64,000 bases of DNA from Coriobacteriales bacterium. GTDB taxonomy: Bacteria; Actinomycetota; Coriobacteriia; Coriobacteriales; UBA8131. Of this stretch, positions 19,240 through 28,555 are shown one piece after another. The stretch covers positions 15,083 to 79,082 of the forward strand of contig JAISEO010000092.1 of assembly GCA_031264075.1 (NCBI GenBank). The letters run 5' to 3'. The stretch's first letter is position 1. Each line of letters starts with the position of its first letter. The position numbers were made by a program, and so were the translations under genes. The notes beneath the pieces were generated by a model. It saw only the letters and a program-made list of their open reading frames with translations, was not told the origin of the DNA and ran no database searches.

Positions 19240-20925
19240 TTACAACTTAATGTTAGCGACATCGCTATCAAGGGGATTCCAACTATCGGGGTGAGGATAT
19301 TCGGATATATTGACGTAAATGCCGAAAAAGTGATCGTCCCACTTCTTTGGAGTGCAGGTGAAGTTAAATGTGTATGTTCCCGAGGTATCAGGCAATACAT
19401 ACTCTGTATATAAAGAGAAGCTATCAGCAATTTCCGTATTTGCTCCAGCGTATATGATGCAGCCTGTTGTGTTCCGTGAGGTATACTTCACCGCGACAGA
19501 GAACGTGGTTTCTACGCCTGCTTGTGCTGAACTCGGAGACGCAGCACTAATTTCAATTGTGCCGGTTGGGTTACTGTCTTGTGTTTGCGAAGCAGCCGGT
19601 CTTGGTTGTGGGCTGTTGCTCGCATAAGTGCTGCAACTTCGTGTCGCCGCAAATAAGATGATCGGTATTAAGATTCCAATTATGAGCATGACCGCTACAG
19701 GCCCCAGTCCATCACCATCCTTTTTCTCCTCCGGCTCTTCATGCGGATATGGAGTTTGCTGCACAGGCGGATTCGCGCTTAGTTTGCGTTTGTACGGACT
19801 CTGCGACTGCTGCGGAGGTGATGACGAGGGTGCACTGGCTGGGGCGCTTTGCGAGGTCGCGCTTACAGGAAACACATTGAAGACCCCGGATGCGGGGGTG
19901 CTTCCTGTAGATGTTACCGGCAAGGAGCTTTGGCGGGGACGAGCCTTGTGCTTTTCCTCCCGAGAGGTGCTTTCTGTGGATGTAGCCTTTGAGGCACGCT
20001 CCGCAGACGAAGCTGTCGCGGGTCGCTTTGGCGCAGTGGCGCTCACGCACCTCACAATCGCCGTACGAAGGGCTGCGCTCCATGCGGCCAGTGGCGGTCT
20101 GTTGGGCGCGTCTTTCAGCGAGTTTTCGATGACACCCTTTACACCCGCATCCACTTGCGCCGGTAGGCGCTCGGTGTTTGTTGATGCCTGATAATGGGAG
20201 GGATTGTCGCTTTTCATCAACAAGCGCAGCGCCAGCAGGCCGAGCTTGTAGATATCCGACTTCTCTGTTCCCAGCTCCTCTTCCGGGTATCGTTCTCTGA
20301 CTCCCCAGTTTCCGGTCTCTGTCTGGGGGAAGACTGTGGCTCCGTCAAGACTGAAGCTGTCGCAATCCAGAAAGAATACGGAGCAATCATCCAGAGAAAA
20401 TAAGAGGTTGCTGTGGGAGAAATCCCCCATGCTGATTCCGTGCATATGGAAGAAATTGAGCCCTCTGACAACTGAAAGCAGCAGTTTGTAGCGTTCTTTA
20501 TCGGACAGTGGTATGTGCCTGCGGCTGAGCAGCCTGTCCGGCAGCAGGAGGTGTTCAAACTTTGCCTCTACCAGCTTTGGGCCACTTGAAAAATTGATAG
20601 AGCAGTAGAATTTCTCGGGTATCTGGATCATCAGAAACCCGGACGTGCTGTCCTCATCTTCGACCAACTGATGCGGCCAGCAGCAGATGCTGTCCAGATA
20701 GTCCCTGTCGTTTGTGCCTAAGTCGTAGTAAAAGTCTGTGAACGCTGCCAGTGTGTGTGCATCCGGCTTTGCGTACTCCTTGTACTCCTTATAGACATAG
20801 CTCTGCTCAGAGGCCGAGTTGCCAGAGCTAGCCGTAGTGGAATACACGTTGCCAAACGAGCCCTCGGCCAGCTTCTCGCCTACGAGCCACGTCTCATCGG
20901 TTATCCACAAACCTTCACGCATCAC
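19240..20925 (-). CDS. atypical Ser/Thr kinase-like membrane protein, paralog 3, with an unassigned beta-rich ectodomain
   Basis: Kinase-like core (EGSFGNVY, YVYKEY, GDFSHSN, FLDCDSF). Its linker and TM are nearly identical to paralog 1. It has a unique C-terminal module of about 110 aa. Confidence 0.8.
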   Translation of the reverse strand: MMREGLWITDETWLVGEKLAEGSFGNVYSTTASSGNSASEQSYVYKEYKEYAKPDAHTLAAFTDFYYDLGTNDRDYLDSICCWPHQLVEDEDSTSGFLMIQIPEKFYCSINFSSGPKLVEAKFEHLLLPDRLLSRRHIPLSDKERYKLLLSVVRGLNFFHMHGISMGDFSHSNLLFSLDDCSVFFLDCDSFSLDGATVFPQTETGNWGVRERYPEEELGTEKSDIYKLGLLALRLLMKSDNPSHYQASTNTERLPAQVDAGVKGVIENSLKDAPNRPPLAAWSAALRTAIVRCVSATAPKRPATASSAERASKATSTESTSREEKHKARPRQSSLPVTSTGSTPASGVFNVFPVSATSQSAPASAPSSSPPQQSQSPYKRKLSANPPVQQTPYPHEEPEEKKDGDGLGPVAVMLIIGILIPIILFAATRSCSTYASNSPQPRPAASQTQDSNPTGTIEISAASPSSAQAGVETTFSVAVKYTSRNTTGCIIYAGANTEIADSFSLYTEYVLPDTSGTYTFNFTCTPKKWDDHFFGIYVNISEYPHPDSWNPLDSDVANIKL

Positions 20926-21080
20926 GTGCAGCTGCTTTCGGCAAGATTGTGACGAGCCGTATGCATATTCCCTTTGCCTTTCATCAGCTTAGCCTTCAAC
21001 TTGTATTCCCAAACGTACGGCAGGTAACGATGTTTGCTTCTTAGCGAAATCGAGCTGACAGCTACCCTGCACAAGAGGTT

Positions 21081-22178
21081 TCATTGCTGCTTCAGTCTCT
21101 GCCCGCACTTCCCGCAGAAGAGCGACTCCGGCTTTATCCTGGTGCCACAGCTTGTGCAAAAATTTGTCTTGGGTTGGTTCATTGTTCTGGAATTGTTAAC
21201 GGGCAGAGGGGCAGAGGGCGCTGACCCTTGATTGGCTAACGTTGCGCCGTCTCCGAGACTGATGCTTACTTTAGCGCTGCCGTCAGCGTCAGCTTCCAAC
21301 GATATTCCCATCTTGGTCAGCGCCTGAGCAAGAAGAAACTGTCTTTGTCTATCGGGATATTCATTGATCAGATCCAAGAGATACGAGAAACCGCCATTGC
21401 CAAGCAGGAATGGTGTGTTGGAGACATACTCCAACACCTTGTCACCAGGGGCACCCTGATCTGCGAGGCTGATTATTTTATCGATTACAATTTCGCGTTC
21501 ACGGTCTTTGATAGTGGCATTGTAAAAGCAGAAGGATCTGACCTCTCTGCCATTCTCCATTCTTCGGCCATATGCCAAAGTTCCACCGTCGCCGTCCTGT
21601 TCGATCACATCCCAACAGTGGACAAGAAAGTTCTCTATCTGCTCATCAGATTGCGAGTCAACAGGAATATCTCTTGCTGCCCATGCCTTGCAGATGCACC
21701 GGTTTATCAGGTCAATCTTCTCGCGGGAATCTTCAAAATAAATCGGATACTCTACCTTGTCCCCACTGCTCAGGGGCGTTATGTAGTAGAGCAGCCGATG
21801 TCGCCCATCAACTATGGAAGCATTTGCTATATAGACATCCGAATAAGCATAGTAGCCCAGCGTGGCCTTGCCCTCTTTATACTTTGTGCCTCCGGTGAGC
21901 TTTAACACAAGGGGACTGAAGAGAATAATGCGACGATTGGTGATGGTGAGTTCCCAGTCCATTCTTTCCTCATGGTACGTGAAGCTTTTGCTTAATCTTA
22001 CATACTCGCCGACTGTGTCAACTGAGGTCTTCAGCAACACCTGCTCATCTCCCTCTAACAGGATGCGACAATCTGGACCTGTTTTGAGCTCAATGGCGTT
22101 ATCGCTTGCGAGCAGTGAGCCTCGTGCGTTTGCCTTGGCCGTTATGAGTACTTGTGTCATGCGTTTCTCCTTTGCCAA
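21081..22178 (-). CDS. hypothetical protein with C-terminal zinc ribbon
   Basis: The C-terminus ..FCTSCGTRIKPESLFCGKCGQRL is a CxxC..CxxC ribbon. The N-terminal ..WELTITNRRIILFS.. is weakly bacterial-PH-like. Confidence 0.5.
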   Translation of the reverse strand: MAKEKRMTQVLITAKANARGSLLASDNAIELKTGPDCRILLEGDEQVLLKTSVDTVGEYVRLSKSFTYHEERMDWELTITNRRIILFSPLVLKLTGGTKYKEGKATLGYYAYSDVYIANASIVDGRHRLLYYITPLSSGDKVEYPIYFEDSREKIDLINRCICKAWAARDIPVDSQSDEQIENFLVHCWDVIEQDGDGGTLAYGRRMENGREVRSFCFYNATIKDREREIVIDKIISLADQGAPGDKVLEYVSNTPFLLGNGGFSYLLDLINEYPDRQRQFLLAQALTKMGISLEADADGSAKVSISLGDGATLANQGSAPSAPLPVNNSRTMNQPKTNFCTSCGTRIKPESLFCGKCGQRLKQQ

Positions 22179-22190
22179 TACTGAAATTTG

Positions 22191-22727
22191 CTAATAGGCG
22201 GCTAGGTACCATTTGCCATCAACCTTAACTACCTCTGCTGTTTGTTGGAAGGATTCGGTAGTTCCATTGGGATAGGCAATTGTTGCTGTATAGGTCAAAG
22301 TGGCGCTGTCTCCACTCTGTTGTGTCCTGATATCGGTGAATTTGACTGTTCCATAGTCAAAGGATTCATCCAAGGCTCCAGAGTCCCCAAGACTCTTTGA
22401 CAAAAACGGCATCATGTCCATCAAAGCACTGGTATTTATGCCAAATGCGCCACCCAGAAGACTTGCGGCTCCTTTCATGAAGCGTTGAGCATCTGGGTCA
22501 AAGCACTCAATCATGGCGCTGAAGTCTCTCTTATTATAGGCGTCCTGCAAACGGTAGAGCGGATCTTCGGGCTTTGAGATCACGCAACCCATAAGGCTGA
22601 ACAGCAATGTCATGCTAAGCAGTATACAGGCGAGCGACCTGGGCAGATCACAATACCTTCTCTCACTGATCGTATGTTGTTCTTCCGTTTGCACCGAATG
22701 ATAGAACTCAGCTGTATCGATACTCAT
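22191..22727 (-). CDS. putative lipoprotein, NTF2-like
   Basis: Lipobox LMGC. ..LQDAYNKRDFSAMIECFDP.. and the C-terminal ..VKVDGKWYL are reminiscent of the SnoaL/NTF2 fold. The start is uncertain (22727 or 22775). Confidence 0.45.
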   Translation of the reverse strand: MSIDTAEFYHSVQTEEQHTISERRYCDLPRSLACILLSMTLLFSLMGCVISKPEDPLYRLQDAYNKRDFSAMIECFDPDAQRFMKGAASLLGGAFGINTSALMDMMPFLSKSLGDSGALDESFDYGTVKFTDIRTQQSGDSATLTYTATIAYPNGTTESFQQTAEVVKVDGKWYLAAY

Positions 22728-22901
22728 GCTCCTTTTCCTCACTCTCGTATAGCAGCAAACCAAGCGCCGCCACATCTTCTATTTGTCATGAATTTCTGGC
22801 TTCCATCCTCATCGCTGAGAGAACACCGCCGGATGAGTTGCCGTTGGAACCCATGCCTGCCAATGCGGCTGTCAACGAAAGAAGAGTGGCCTTCTTCCGA
22901 C

Positions 22902-23597
22902 TCACATCCGTCTGGGGGTAGACACCTTGCTCTTTGACCAGATTGTTATGGCCAAGATGGTCGCCACAATATAGAGCACCCAGCTCAGGTGATACCAGGG
23001 TGTGAAGGAGAGGATGCTTCCGGCGCCGCTGCTGCTCCCTAGGGAGGAGATGGCGTCTCCGACACCGCCCATACTTCCAAGAATATCCCCAGAATCGCCC
23101 CCATTGTTGACGGTGGAGGTAACAATAAACGCAAAGATCCATTGGAAGAGAAGGCCGGCAATCGAAGCAAGTATCGCCCCCGCGTACTTCTTGAGGCTTA
23201 CGAGCACGATGAGGGCAATAGGAATAGCCAGCATCAAAATGACGAGCGGGTTGCCGTCTATGTGCCCAAGGCTGCTGGCATCCTTCCCAAGCGTTGCATC
23301 CAGGCCGCTGAAGGGAATCTCCGTGCCACAGGTTATGGTGAACATGGGCAGGAAGAAGAACAGGCATAACACGAGCGCAACCAGTCTCAACGCAAGACTG
23401 AGAGTCTTGACAGTGCTGGTTTCTCCGACGGAGTTTCCTGTTGCACCAAAGGCCCCTCCCGCCGCATTGGAAGGATGGCTCCCGGCAGAGCCAGCCAGGT
23501 ACGGCGCGCCTGGCGCGGCGTTTGTAACCGGAGCCCCACAGCTCTTGCAGAACTGTACGTTGTCGGACAATTGCTGCCCGCATTTCTTGCAGAACAT
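22902..23597 (-). CDS. zinc-ribbon membrane protein
   Basis: N-terminal MFCKKCGQQLSDNVQFCKSCGAPV ribbon followed by about four TM helices. Confidence 0.6.
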   Translation of the reverse strand: MFCKKCGQQLSDNVQFCKSCGAPVTNAAPGAPYLAGSAGSHPSNAAGGAFGATGNSVGETSTVKTLSLALRLVALVLCLFFFLPMFTITCGTEIPFSGLDATLGKDASSLGHIDGNPLVILMLAIPIALIVLVSLKKYAGAILASIAGLLFQWIFAFIVTSTVNNGGDSGDILGSMGGVGDAISSLGSSSGAGSILSFTPWYHLSWVLYIVATILAITIWSKSKVSTPRRM

Positions 23598-23615
23598 CGT
23601 AGTACTTCCTCTCTC

Positions 23616-24134
23616 TCAGGTGATGGGTGTGCCACAGCTGGTACAGAAGCTCAGCCCGGTAGCCAGTGTTGTGCCACATTGCCTGCAGCGTGGAGCTTCT
23701 ACGCTGATGACGGTGATATTCGCACCACAACCGACACAGAACACGGCATCCACATCGTTGGCGCTGCCACATTGGGGGCAGGGAACGCCCGGACTCGCAC
23801 CTGTGCCCAAAGCTGCCCCTTGATTAAAGGCAGCGCCCGAGCCGGTCGCAGCGAGGAGTTGCCCCTGCCTCTCGATTTCCGCTATTTCCGCAAGCAGCGC
23901 GTCACACTGTAGTTTGCTCTGCTCGATGGAGGCGTAGATATTCTCACGTGGCCCGCGGTACAGCGGGTTGGCTTTCGTCTCCTCGTAAAGGCTTGTACCC
24001 AATTGCTTCATCAGGTTGTCTTGCTGCTTTCGCACCTCATTCAATTGGGCCTTGAGCTGCACCGTCTTTGCGGCGCGGCCTGTCGTGGCAATGCCTTTGT
24101 TCGCCACATCTTTGATACTGTCGAGAACTCCCAT
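23616..24134 (-). CDS. coiled-coil protein with three C-terminal zinc ribbons
   Basis: Helical N-terminus, then CPQCG..FCVGCG, CRQCG and FCTSCG motifs. Confidence 0.6.
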   Translation of the reverse strand: MGVLDSIKDVANKGIATTGRAAKTVQLKAQLNEVRKQQDNLMKQLGTSLYEETKANPLYRGPRENIYASIEQSKLQCDALLAEIAEIERQGQLLAATGSGAAFNQGAALGTGASPGVPCPQCGSANDVDAVFCVGCGANITVISVEAPRCRQCGTTLATGLSFCTSCGTPIT

Positions 24135-24248
24135 GGGTTTCCTTTCTCAAAAATCGAAATATGCGTGCAATCCGGTATTAGATTCATGACTACGTACAGT
24201 TAAATCAGCATTCATAACAGTTTTCCCTTATATGTTGGGCGGTCAGTC

Positions 24249-25646
24249 TCAGTTCATTAACGACCATAAAGCACGAACAATCACTTGCCAAAGAACTACT
24301 ACTGTATATACTGCTCCTAACACTAAACCCGTCATCGAAAATCCGCGCTTCGAACCTCGCAGCCCTATCCACCCAAAGATAAAGGCCAGCGGAAGACTAA
24401 AAGCTGAGATGATTGCCAAGAAATAGAACAGGGGATTGGAATAGTGGAGAAAAAATCCGATGAGAGCGCAGGCCGAGCCAGCGATGCCAAGCACAAATGA
24501 CGTAAGCCCCAATTTGCCACCCTGTTTCTTTTGCGCAGAAGGTTGTGGAGTCGAGTGCTCCTGCACAGGTGGATACGAGTATTGTTCTTGTACAGGTGGA
24601 AGCGTGATCGGTTTGTATCGTTGCTGTTCGCGTTTTGATGGTTGTGCCTGCGATGCTTGCGATGGTAGAGGCGCAACAGCCGCGCTACGTGAAGCCACGC
24701 TTGTGGGAAACACATTGAAGACCTCAGAAGCAGAGGCACTTTTTACAGACGAAGCCACTGCGGCGCGCTGCGCCGCAGGCTCGCTTATGCAACTCACAAT
24801 CGCTGTATGAAGGACTGAGCTCCACGCGGCGAGCGCGGGTCTGTTCGACGCGTCTTTCAGTGAGTCTTCAATAATAGCCTTTACACCTGCTTCTATATGC
24901 ACTGGCAGGCGATCAGTATTCGCTGATGCCTGGTAGTGGGCGGAATTGCCGCTTTTCATCAACAATCGCAAGGCCAACAGGCCGAGCTTGTAGATATCTG
25001 ACTCAGGCGTCGCCAGTTCCTCTTCCGGGTATCTTTCTCTCACTCCCCAGTTTCCGGTTTCTGTCTGTGTAAAGACCGTATCTCCGCTCAGGCGAAAGCT
25101 GTCGCAGTCCAAAAAGAACACGGAGCAGTCGCAGAGTGAGAACAGTATGTTGCTGTGCGAGAAGTCTCCAATGCAGGCACCGCGCTGATGAAAGAAGTTG
25201 AGCCCCCTGACAACGGAAAGCAATAGTTTGTAGCGCGCCTTGTCCGTGAGTGGCAGCTGCCTACGCTTGAGCAATCTCTCTGGCAACAGGAGATGCTCAA
25301 ACTTCGCCTCCACCACCTTTGGACCACCCGAAAAGTTGATAGGGCGAAAGAATTTCTCGGGTATCCGGATCATTAAAAACCCGGATGTACTGCCCTTGTC
25401 CTCGACCAACTCGTGAGGCCAGCAGCAGATGCTGTTCAGGTAATACTTGTCGTTGGTGCTCAAACTATAGTAAAAGTCTGAGAACGAAACCAGTATGTCG
25501 GCATCCGGCCTCGCGTACTGTTTGTACTCTTTGTATACGTATCCCTGTCCGGTTGCCTGGCACTGTATATTCGTAACAGAGTACACGCTGCCAAACGAAC
25601 CTTCGGCCAGCTCCCCGCCTACTTCCAACGAGTTCTTAGCTATCAC
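24249..25646 (-). CDS. atypical Ser/Thr kinase-like membrane protein, paralog 4 (the triad kinase)
   Basis: Kinase-like core (EGSFGSVY, YVYKEY, GDFSHSN, FLDCDSF). C-terminal TM hairpin with no ectodomain. Its GTG start overlaps the PP2C stop by 11 nt. Confidence 0.8.
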   Translation of the reverse strand: MIAKNSLEVGGELAEGSFGSVYSVTNIQCQATGQGYVYKEYKQYARPDADILVSFSDFYYSLSTNDKYYLNSICCWPHELVEDKGSTSGFLMIRIPEKFFRPINFSGGPKVVEAKFEHLLLPERLLKRRQLPLTDKARYKLLLSVVRGLNFFHQRGACIGDFSHSNILFSLCDCSVFFLDCDSFRLSGDTVFTQTETGNWGVRERYPEEELATPESDIYKLGLLALRLLMKSGNSAHYQASANTDRLPVHIEAGVKAIIEDSLKDASNRPALAAWSSVLHTAIVSCISEPAAQRAAVASSVKSASASEVFNVFPTSVASRSAAVAPLPSQASQAQPSKREQQRYKPITLPPVQEQYSYPPVQEHSTPQPSAQKKQGGKLGLTSFVLGIAGSACALIGFFLHYSNPLFYFLAIISAFSLPLAFIFGWIGLRGSKRGFSMTGLVLGAVYTVVVLWQVIVRALWSLMN

Positions 25647-26865
25647 GCGTAGTTCCTCTCGGCCAGACTGCGACGAGGGTTCGGTCGTCTACGAAGTACT
25701 TGCGTGTGAAATCCAGGGCGTTGGCAAAGCTCAGGGTAGAGGGAACTGATTCCAGGACGGCTTTGAACAGCAGACCCAAATCCCCATCGCCGGAGCCGAG
25801 CGGTTCTCCGAATCCATCCGTGCCGAACAGCAACACGTCTTTGGGGCCAACTGAAATCTCGATGGGCTTTACCGTCTCAGGCACATAGGGCAGCGGCGCC
25901 ACATCATTTGACGTTATCTCCGAGCTCTCGTCTTTTCCTCCGGCTACGGCATCATAGCTGCCTTCCGACAAGAGCCACACACCCGAGTCTCCCACCGTAA
26001 TGACGTGGGCCAGCAAGCCGTCGCCGCGCTGGCTTTCTGTAATGACCGCGCAGACAAGGGTTGTCGCAAGATAGTGTAACGCTGCTCGGGCGATGTCGTG
26101 TTTCGTCTCGCCCATCGTGCCCAGTAGGTGCTCGTAGTCTTTCAGCGAAGCGCTCGTCTGATTCAGATCCCGTGCGATTGCCTCACAGACCTGCTTCCAA
26201 TCTATGCGTTCCATCCTGGTGGTTTTTGTGTTGGCAAAATAGCTGATGGCCGAGTTTACTGCGACCGTAGCACCAATGTGCGACTGCGGCGCCCCCGAGA
26301 CACCATCCGCCACCGCGACAACGACCCAGTTCTTATCCGGTAGGAAGGCCGCGGCGAAGCTGTCCTGCCGTGGGGTATGTTCCCATCGGTGTGAGCCTCC
26401 CCTGACCGACGCCCCGCGCAGTGTGAGGAAGTCATTCTCCCAGCCGTCAAGTATCGTGTCGGGGATATAGGGCGGTGCTATATATCTGGTCGCATCCACG
26501 CATCTTGACTCGAAGAGTCGCGGCTTATCCTTTCCAATATGAATAGGGCTGAAAGAGCTGCCTATGCTCTCGCGTTCGATAGTGCTCTGCGATCCCGCCC
26601 GCAAAATCTTCGACTGTTCCGACGGGTCACTCTCTGAGCCCTCACATGGTTCTGCTGAGCCTCTCGACAAATCCCCCGGTGAGCCTCGCAATGGGCTTCT
26701 TGCGTGGCTTCCAGACGATACGACTACTTCCTGTGCCTCAGTACACGGCGTCATCTCTAACGGGATCGTGCTGTCGTACGGCAGCGGAGAAGATTCGCTC
26801 TGCCTGCTGTGCGCATACTTCCGAGGGCTGCCCTTCTTTTTTCTGCGGCGCTTATCCCAAAACAC
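25636..26865 (-). CDS. PP2C-family protein phosphatase
   Basis: ..LRGASVRGGSHR..QDSF.. ..VVAVADGVSGAP.. ..VGDSGVWLL.. ..LLFGTDGFGEPLG.. A GTG start at 26865, 1 nt after the vWA stop and with a GAGGAA RBS, is preferred over the ATG at 26937. Confidence 0.8.
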   Translation of the reverse strand: MFWDKRRRKKKGSPRKYAHSRQSESSPLPYDSTIPLEMTPCTEAQEVVVSSGSHARSPLRGSPGDLSRGSAEPCEGSESDPSEQSKILRAGSQSTIERESIGSSFSPIHIGKDKPRLFESRCVDATRYIAPPYIPDTILDGWENDFLTLRGASVRGGSHRWEHTPRQDSFAAAFLPDKNWVVVAVADGVSGAPQSHIGATVAVNSAISYFANTKTTRMERIDWKQVCEAIARDLNQTSASLKDYEHLLGTMGETKHDIARAALHYLATTLVCAVITESQRGDGLLAHVITVGDSGVWLLSEGSYDAVAGGKDESSEITSNDVAPLPYVPETVKPIEISVGPKDVLLFGTDGFGEPLGSGDGDLGLLFKAVLESVPSTLSFANALDFTRKYFVDDRTLVAVWPRGTTRDS

Positions 26866-26866
26866 T

Positions 26867-27544
26867 CTAATCGATTTCCTCCGCGTCGATTCGCGTGAAC
26901 CCCACCGGGTCTGCAACGAGGAGGCCACCGCCCGCATTGACGCTGATGCCGGAGCTCACCACCGAGCGTTGCAGCGCGGCCATGAACTCGCCCAGCGCAA
27001 GACCCATATCTGCGCCTGCAACCGCAATGAACGCATACTGTGGACGCGATGCAATCTCCTTGACCGTGTCGGCATCAGCCGCCCCCACGCCAAAGGCCAT
27101 GATATTGGGCCGCCATTTGTTTGCTTCGTTCATCAGCTGGGCATAGGCTGGCCGCCAGTCGCCGCCATCATTGGGGTACCCATCGGTAAGGAAGAACACG
27201 GCAGGCCTGAGAACCCGATAGTTCTCCCCTTTGAGCAGGTTCACGTCGAGCGGTATCTGTCGGGCGAGTTCCTGGAAGACAATCGTGTAATTGGTGAGGC
27301 CCAGGTCGCTGAACGAGGGGACATTGGATATCTCGTTGAAATCCTCTATCTTCATCATGGTCTGCACGGTGCTCCCAAAGAGGATCATCGAGAACCGTAC
27401 AGCCGCAGCTGCCGCAGGCGATTCCTCCATCTGCTCACGCAGACTGACCAAGCCTTCGTGCAGCGTCGAAAACTGGTCGACCATGGAGCCCGAGGCATCC
27501 ATAACCAAATATATCGGCAGTACTCTTCCTTCTGGTTCAGACAT
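26867..27544 (-). CDS. TerY-like von Willebrand factor A (vWA) protein
   Basis: ..LPIYLVMDASGSMVD.. (MIDAS DxSxS) and ..AVFFLTDGYPNDGG... The size of about 225 aa and the overall pattern match TerY. Confidence 0.85.
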   Translation of the reverse strand: MSEPEGRVLPIYLVMDASGSMVDQFSTLHEGLVSLREQMEESPAAAAAVRFSMILFGSTVQTMMKIEDFNEISNVPSFSDLGLTNYTIVFQELARQIPLDVNLLKGENYRVLRPAVFFLTDGYPNDGGDWRPAYAQLMNEANKWRPNIMAFGVGAADADTVKEIASRPQYAFIAVAGADMGLALGEFMAALQRSVVSSGISVNAGGGLLVADPVGFTRIDAEEID

Positions 27545-27632
27545 GCAGATTTCTCCTTACTTGTTAATGGCTGTCCCTTTTCTCTGTAAAATTACAATCA
27601 GGGGTGTTTCAAGTTGTATAATGTGGCTTCAA

Positions 27633-28481
27633 TCAGCGGGTGAGAATTGGGTCGAAGATTGCGTAGGTATACTCGCTCCAATCATGAGAGAACTCCATCG
27701 TTGAACTCTTTATTGACAAAGTCAGATGTCTTACTCCTGAAACGTCGACACTGAAAGGCACAGTGGCGCTGCCTTCTTTTTGTTCAGGCGTGGTATACAA
27801 CAGCTTTCCATCGCCGTATATCTCTATCCAAAAAGAGCGATTGCCCTTGCCCACCAATGGGCCCCAATATCCTGAAAACGTCCCATATTCCTTATTGATG
27901 TCGTAGGTAACTGTAGCCGGGTCTACTGAAAGATTTACTTTCCCTCTTAAGCCGATTGCTCCTTGCCAAAAGCTTGCTCCATGGGTGTCCTTGATTTCAT
28001 CTCCCGGCTCAGAGAGAACATGAAACGCTTCATCACCATCGCCTGCCCATTCGTACAAACTCATAGCTGCAAGATAGGCAACGTCCTTGAGCGTCCAGTG
28101 TGCATAGAGTGTATGATCCTTCGCTGTCGTTACGGTGGTGCTGTTGCCAACCTTTTCTCCCTCTGTCTGAGCTGTGTACCAGCCCTCAAAGTCATTGTTG
28201 GCAAGACGAGGCACCGGCAGGTCGCCGTAGCTCTGCTGATACTTCACCTCCTTTTGTGAAGTGTCGCAGTCGCCACCGGTTGCGTCAAAAGTAACTGTCA
28301 CGGGTCCGTCTTCTGCTTGCGGCGATTCTGCCTCTTGCTGTCTTGTCGATTCGTTGCTGGCAGTATCCGCCGCTGTTTTTTCATCCGGGGCCGTTCTCGT
28401 TTGCGGCGCGCAACCGGTACATAACCCAAATACCAAGGCTATAATAAGTACGCTGACCGCAATTCGTTTTGCTTGTTTCAT
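27633..28481 (-). CDS. lipoprotein with a Listeria/Bacteroides-type (Flg_new) repeat and a C-terminal beta-rich, possibly carbohydrate-binding module
   Basis: Lipobox LCTGC. VTFDATGGDCD..YGDLPVP..FEGWYT is the Flg_new pattern. The C-terminal resemblance to NPCBM-type modules is weak. Confidence 0.55.
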   Translation of the reverse strand: MKQAKRIAVSVLIIALVFGLCTGCAPQTRTAPDEKTAADTASNESTRQQEAESPQAEDGPVTVTFDATGGDCDTSQKEVKYQQSYGDLPVPRLANNDFEGWYTAQTEGEKVGNSTTVTTAKDHTLYAHWTLKDVAYLAAMSLYEWAGDGDEAFHVLSEPGDEIKDTHGASFWQGAIGLRGKVNLSVDPATVTYDINKEYGTFSGYWGPLVGKGNRSFWIEIYGDGKLLYTTPEQKEGSATVPFSVDVSGVRHLTLSIKSSTMEFSHDWSEYTYAIFDPILTR

Positions 28482-28555
28482 CTTCTATCCCTCTCCTGCT
28501 GTGATTTCTTTGTGTTCACTCTCTGTGCTCCCATTATTCCTGCGCACATCATCCT

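Noticed and set aside
22786-23772. 328-aa ORF overlapping the zinc-ribbon membrane gene and its neighbour in another frame.
   Set aside because: The composition is Cys/Trp/Arg-rich with no motif. The same-strand frame at 22902-23597 gives a coherent ribbon-plus-TM protein.
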